Positions 17,725-20,000 of a stretch of 20,000 bases of DNA are shown here, one piece after another. The translations under genes were made by a program, and so were the position numbers. The stretch lies in sequence record SRR31156797_482; one strand, given 5' to 3'. Below the pieces are notes generated by a model, which made no database searches, was not told the DNA's origin, and was given only the letters and a program-made list of their open reading frames with translations. Position 1 is the first letter of the stretch, and every line of letters begins with the position of its first letter.

Positions 17725-18624
17725 ATGAAAGAGATGAGAATGCTTTTACTTTTCATAGTGGTTCTCCACAGTGGCGGCACTAATAGTTGGGCAAACGATT
17801 CCATTTCCATATCTTGTAAAATTTTTGACCCGTGGCAAGCAAAGCTCGTCAATACTCAGTGGACGGGAAAATGTTCATCAGGAATTACTGAAGGAGTTGG
17901 GACAGCAAAATGGATGGCTCCAAGCACCATTTTCAAAGGAAAACAATTTCCATATCAATACGACGGAGAGGTTTCCAACGGAAGATTTAATGGAAATGGA
18001 CGATGGGTCACAGACAGAGTCGCACTTTCAGGAAAGTTTTACGACGGTAATGTCTGCAATGGAAAGTGTAAAATGTTTGGCCAGCTGGTCCCACTAGTAA
18101 ACAAATTAATTTCAGGAAAAAGTACCACAGAGGAAGCCTTGTCTATTTCTCCTCTGCTTGAATTTGATTGCAGCAATGGAAGTTGCAGCAACCAAGGGCA
18201 GGTAGATAAGATACAACGAGAGAAACTTGAGACTGTTGTCTTTGGAGCAGCTGGAGCTGCGATAGGATTATACATAATTAAAGAAGGGGTGGGAGCAATT
18301 GGTCGAGCCCTGGTTGACACTAGGAGTGATACGGGAGCATCAAGCTCTAATCGAAACTGTAAAAATATGTGGCATGAATGCTGGGATTTTTGCGACAGCG
18401 TGATGAATAAAAATAACGGTGGAATCCTTACAAGTTCCGATAAAGAAAAGTGCGTCTACCGTTGTAATGAGGCCAAAACAGCCTGCAATGAAGGAGCCTT
18501 TAACAAAACAAATCAGTACCGGTGTGAGGCAAAGTGCGAAATGCTCCAAGATGAAAACGGTGATTTTTTCACATTTTCTTCACGAGACACATGTCGAAAT
18601 AATTGCTTCTCAAAATATAATTAG
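17725..18624 (+). CDS. Secreted hypothetical Cys-rich protein (MORN-like N-terminus, Gly/Ala-rich hydrophobic segment, CX3C-repeat C-terminus)
   Basis: GAGG RBS, signal-peptide-like N-terminus, WTGKCSSGITEGVG / YDGEVSNGRFNGNG, VVFGAAGAAIGLYII, 16 Cys in total. Confidence 0.8.
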   Translation: MKEMRMLLLFIVVLHSGGTNSWANDSISISCKIFDPWQAKLVNTQWTGKCSSGITEGVGTAKWMAPSTIFKGKQFPYQYDGEVSNGRFNGNGRWVTDRVALSGKFYDGNVCNGKCKMFGQLVPLVNKLISGKSTTEEALSISPLLEFDCSNGSCSNQGQVDKIQREKLETVVFGAAGAAIGLYIIKEGVGAIGRALVDTRSDTGASSSNRNCKNMWHECWDFCDSVMNKNNGGILTSSDKEKCVYRCNEAKTACNEGAFNKTNQYRCEAKCEMLQDENGDFFTFSSRDTCRNNCFSKYN

Positions 18625-18680
18625 CTGAAATATAGTAGTTCTGACTTGACCTGACAATTACCCGTTTTACGTTGTGCCTG

Positions 18681-18700
18681 TTAGTTTAAGTCTAAACTAA
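18681..18700. repeat. Perfect 8-bp AT-rich palindrome
   Basis: ttagttta-agtc-taaactaa. Confidence 0.55.
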
Positions 18701-18873
18701 TACAAATACCCTACTCAGTACCCGCTTTTTCCAAGAACAGCCTTTGCAGCGCAATAGCTGGTTTCGTTGAATAAGAGTCAGGTTATTGCTAAATTCAGGG
18801 TTTGGTGAAGATTCACGACCAGGGCGCTTGTCGGCACTACCAAGATTGTCCGGAATTATTTTGGATAAATACG

Positions 18874-18903
18874 AAAAGCAGAGCCATTCCTGACCCTGCC
18901 TTT
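18874..18903 (-). terminator. Intrinsic terminator of the GEVED PEP-CTERM gene
   Basis: Minus strand aaaggcagggtca-ggaa-tggctctgctttt. Confidence 0.75.
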
Positions 18904-18923
18904 ACAATCGGGAAAGCCGAAAA

Positions 18924-19715
18924 TTATTTTCTTTTTTTTCTACCCACTGCAGCTAGGCCAGCAATACCAGTCCCAAAAAGGAGCATGGTAGTTGGCTCGG
19001 GAACGGCTGCAGGCCCTATATTTATTGTCCAATCTTCAGATTCACCTTGGTTCAGCCATCCTTTTGATAAAAATGCGCTTTCGTATTTGTCGGAATCCGT
19101 CCCAGTCCAAGAAGAATCCCATTGCTTGTTCCAATCCCAATTACCTGTAGAGGAATAAATAAGAGATTCACTGCATGTTACTCTAGCTCTAAGCGATAAG
19201 AATCCTTTATCAAGAAACTCATCTCCAATGAAAAGCCCCTCTTCTGTTTCATATATTATATCGCCCATAGCACCTGACACTAAGTTGCCATCCTTAGTTT
19301 CTCTCAACACATTCTTGGCGTAATTAGCGACTTCAGATGATTCCTCAAACGTGCCGCTCTGATCATTGTCGACCCATAATTTCATAAAGTTAGCATAATG
19401 GCTACCTGCGCTGTTTTGGTGCATCTTGACTTGAAACTTGACAGTTTGCCCTACGGTTAAATCTGATCTTCCCCATGTCATCCCATTATCTACACTCCAG
19501 AACACTCCTAAATCAGAGAGGATGCCAGTATCTGTACTTGTTGGATTTCCAGCAATTCCATCATTACCGATTTCTTGCCATGTCTCGTTGGCGTGGGTAG
19601 CATCACCATAGGAATCTGCGATCCCTTGTGTCGGGGTAGCAAAACTGATAGAGGCCAGTCCTAATATAGCAACGCTAGTTAAAAGAAAAGGTCTGCATAT
19701 ACACTCGAACTTCAT
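18924..19715 (-). CDS. PEP-CTERM sorting-domain protein with GEVED-like domain
   Basis: Signal peptide ending SFA; SYGDA, KLWVDNDQSGTFE, LRARVTC, QGESEDW; C-terminal VPEPTTMLLFGTGIAGLAAVGRKKRK. GGAG RBS favours ATG 19715 over 19727. Confidence 0.88.
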   Translation of the reverse strand: MKFECICRPFLLTSVAILGLASISFATPTQGIADSYGDATHANETWQEIGNDGIAGNPTSTDTGILSDLGVFWSVDNGMTWGRSDLTVGQTVKFQVKMHQNSAGSHYANFMKLWVDNDQSGTFEESSEVANYAKNVLRETKDGNLVSGAMGDIIYETEEGLFIGDEFLDKGFLSLRARVTCSESLIYSSTGNWDWNKQWDSSWTGTDSDKYESAFLSKGWLNQGESEDWTINIGPAAVPEPTTMLLFGTGIAGLAAVGRKKRK

Positions 19716-20000
19716 ATGTTTCTCCATTTTAATTATTTAGGAATAGTAGTGCCTAGCGACGTGCATTTTTTATTCCGACATAAACAAAACCAGACAAGCC
19801 ATTGGTAATACAATGTTTTCAATAAATATCTAGCAGTACCGCTAATTGATATTAGTACGGTATCCCGGAAAGAAATTCACAATTTCGGAAAAACACTCGG
19901 CGCAAAAAAGATAACTTTTATGTGTTCGAAATCTCCATGCCTTTGCTTGGCCGGCTCTCCCTCAAAAAATGGGATGAAAAGATATTCATCATAAAAAAAG

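Noticed and set aside
335..19158. Numerous short antisense or overlapping ORFs in the track (e.g. 335-778, 1318-1632, 12392-12853, 15787-16062, 18802-19158)
   Set aside because: They are shadows of well-supported genes or span palindromes and promoters, with no motifs or convincing RBS.

Overview
Bacterial chromosomal window, probably a marine Desulfobacterota such as Desulfocapsaceae (inferred from NhaD and the style of the PEP-CTERM tails; not verified). In order it holds: a 5'-truncated NhaD Na+/H+ antiporter; a convergent 1400-aa hybrid histidine kinase whose dCache domain carries the full amino-acid-binding motif; a coupled pair of uncharacterised membrane-associated P-loop GTPases with mirror-image domain order; a ferric-reductase-like di-heme membrane protein plus YceI; a shortened ArgA-like acetyltransferase; a small membrane protein gene broken by an in-frame TAG; a TRAP transporter (dctPQM) with an ICL/PEP-mutase-family lyase; and a surface-protein locus. 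In that locus two convergent PEP-CTERM genes (PA14 and GEVED domains) flank a secreted 16-Cys protein, and their sorting-signal codons, 3' UTRs and terminators form a ~140-bp diverged inverted repeat. No rRNA, tRNA, CRISPR array, transposase or integrase was recognised. The best candidates for undescribed biology are the GTPase pair and the PEP-CTERM / Cys-rich protein module.
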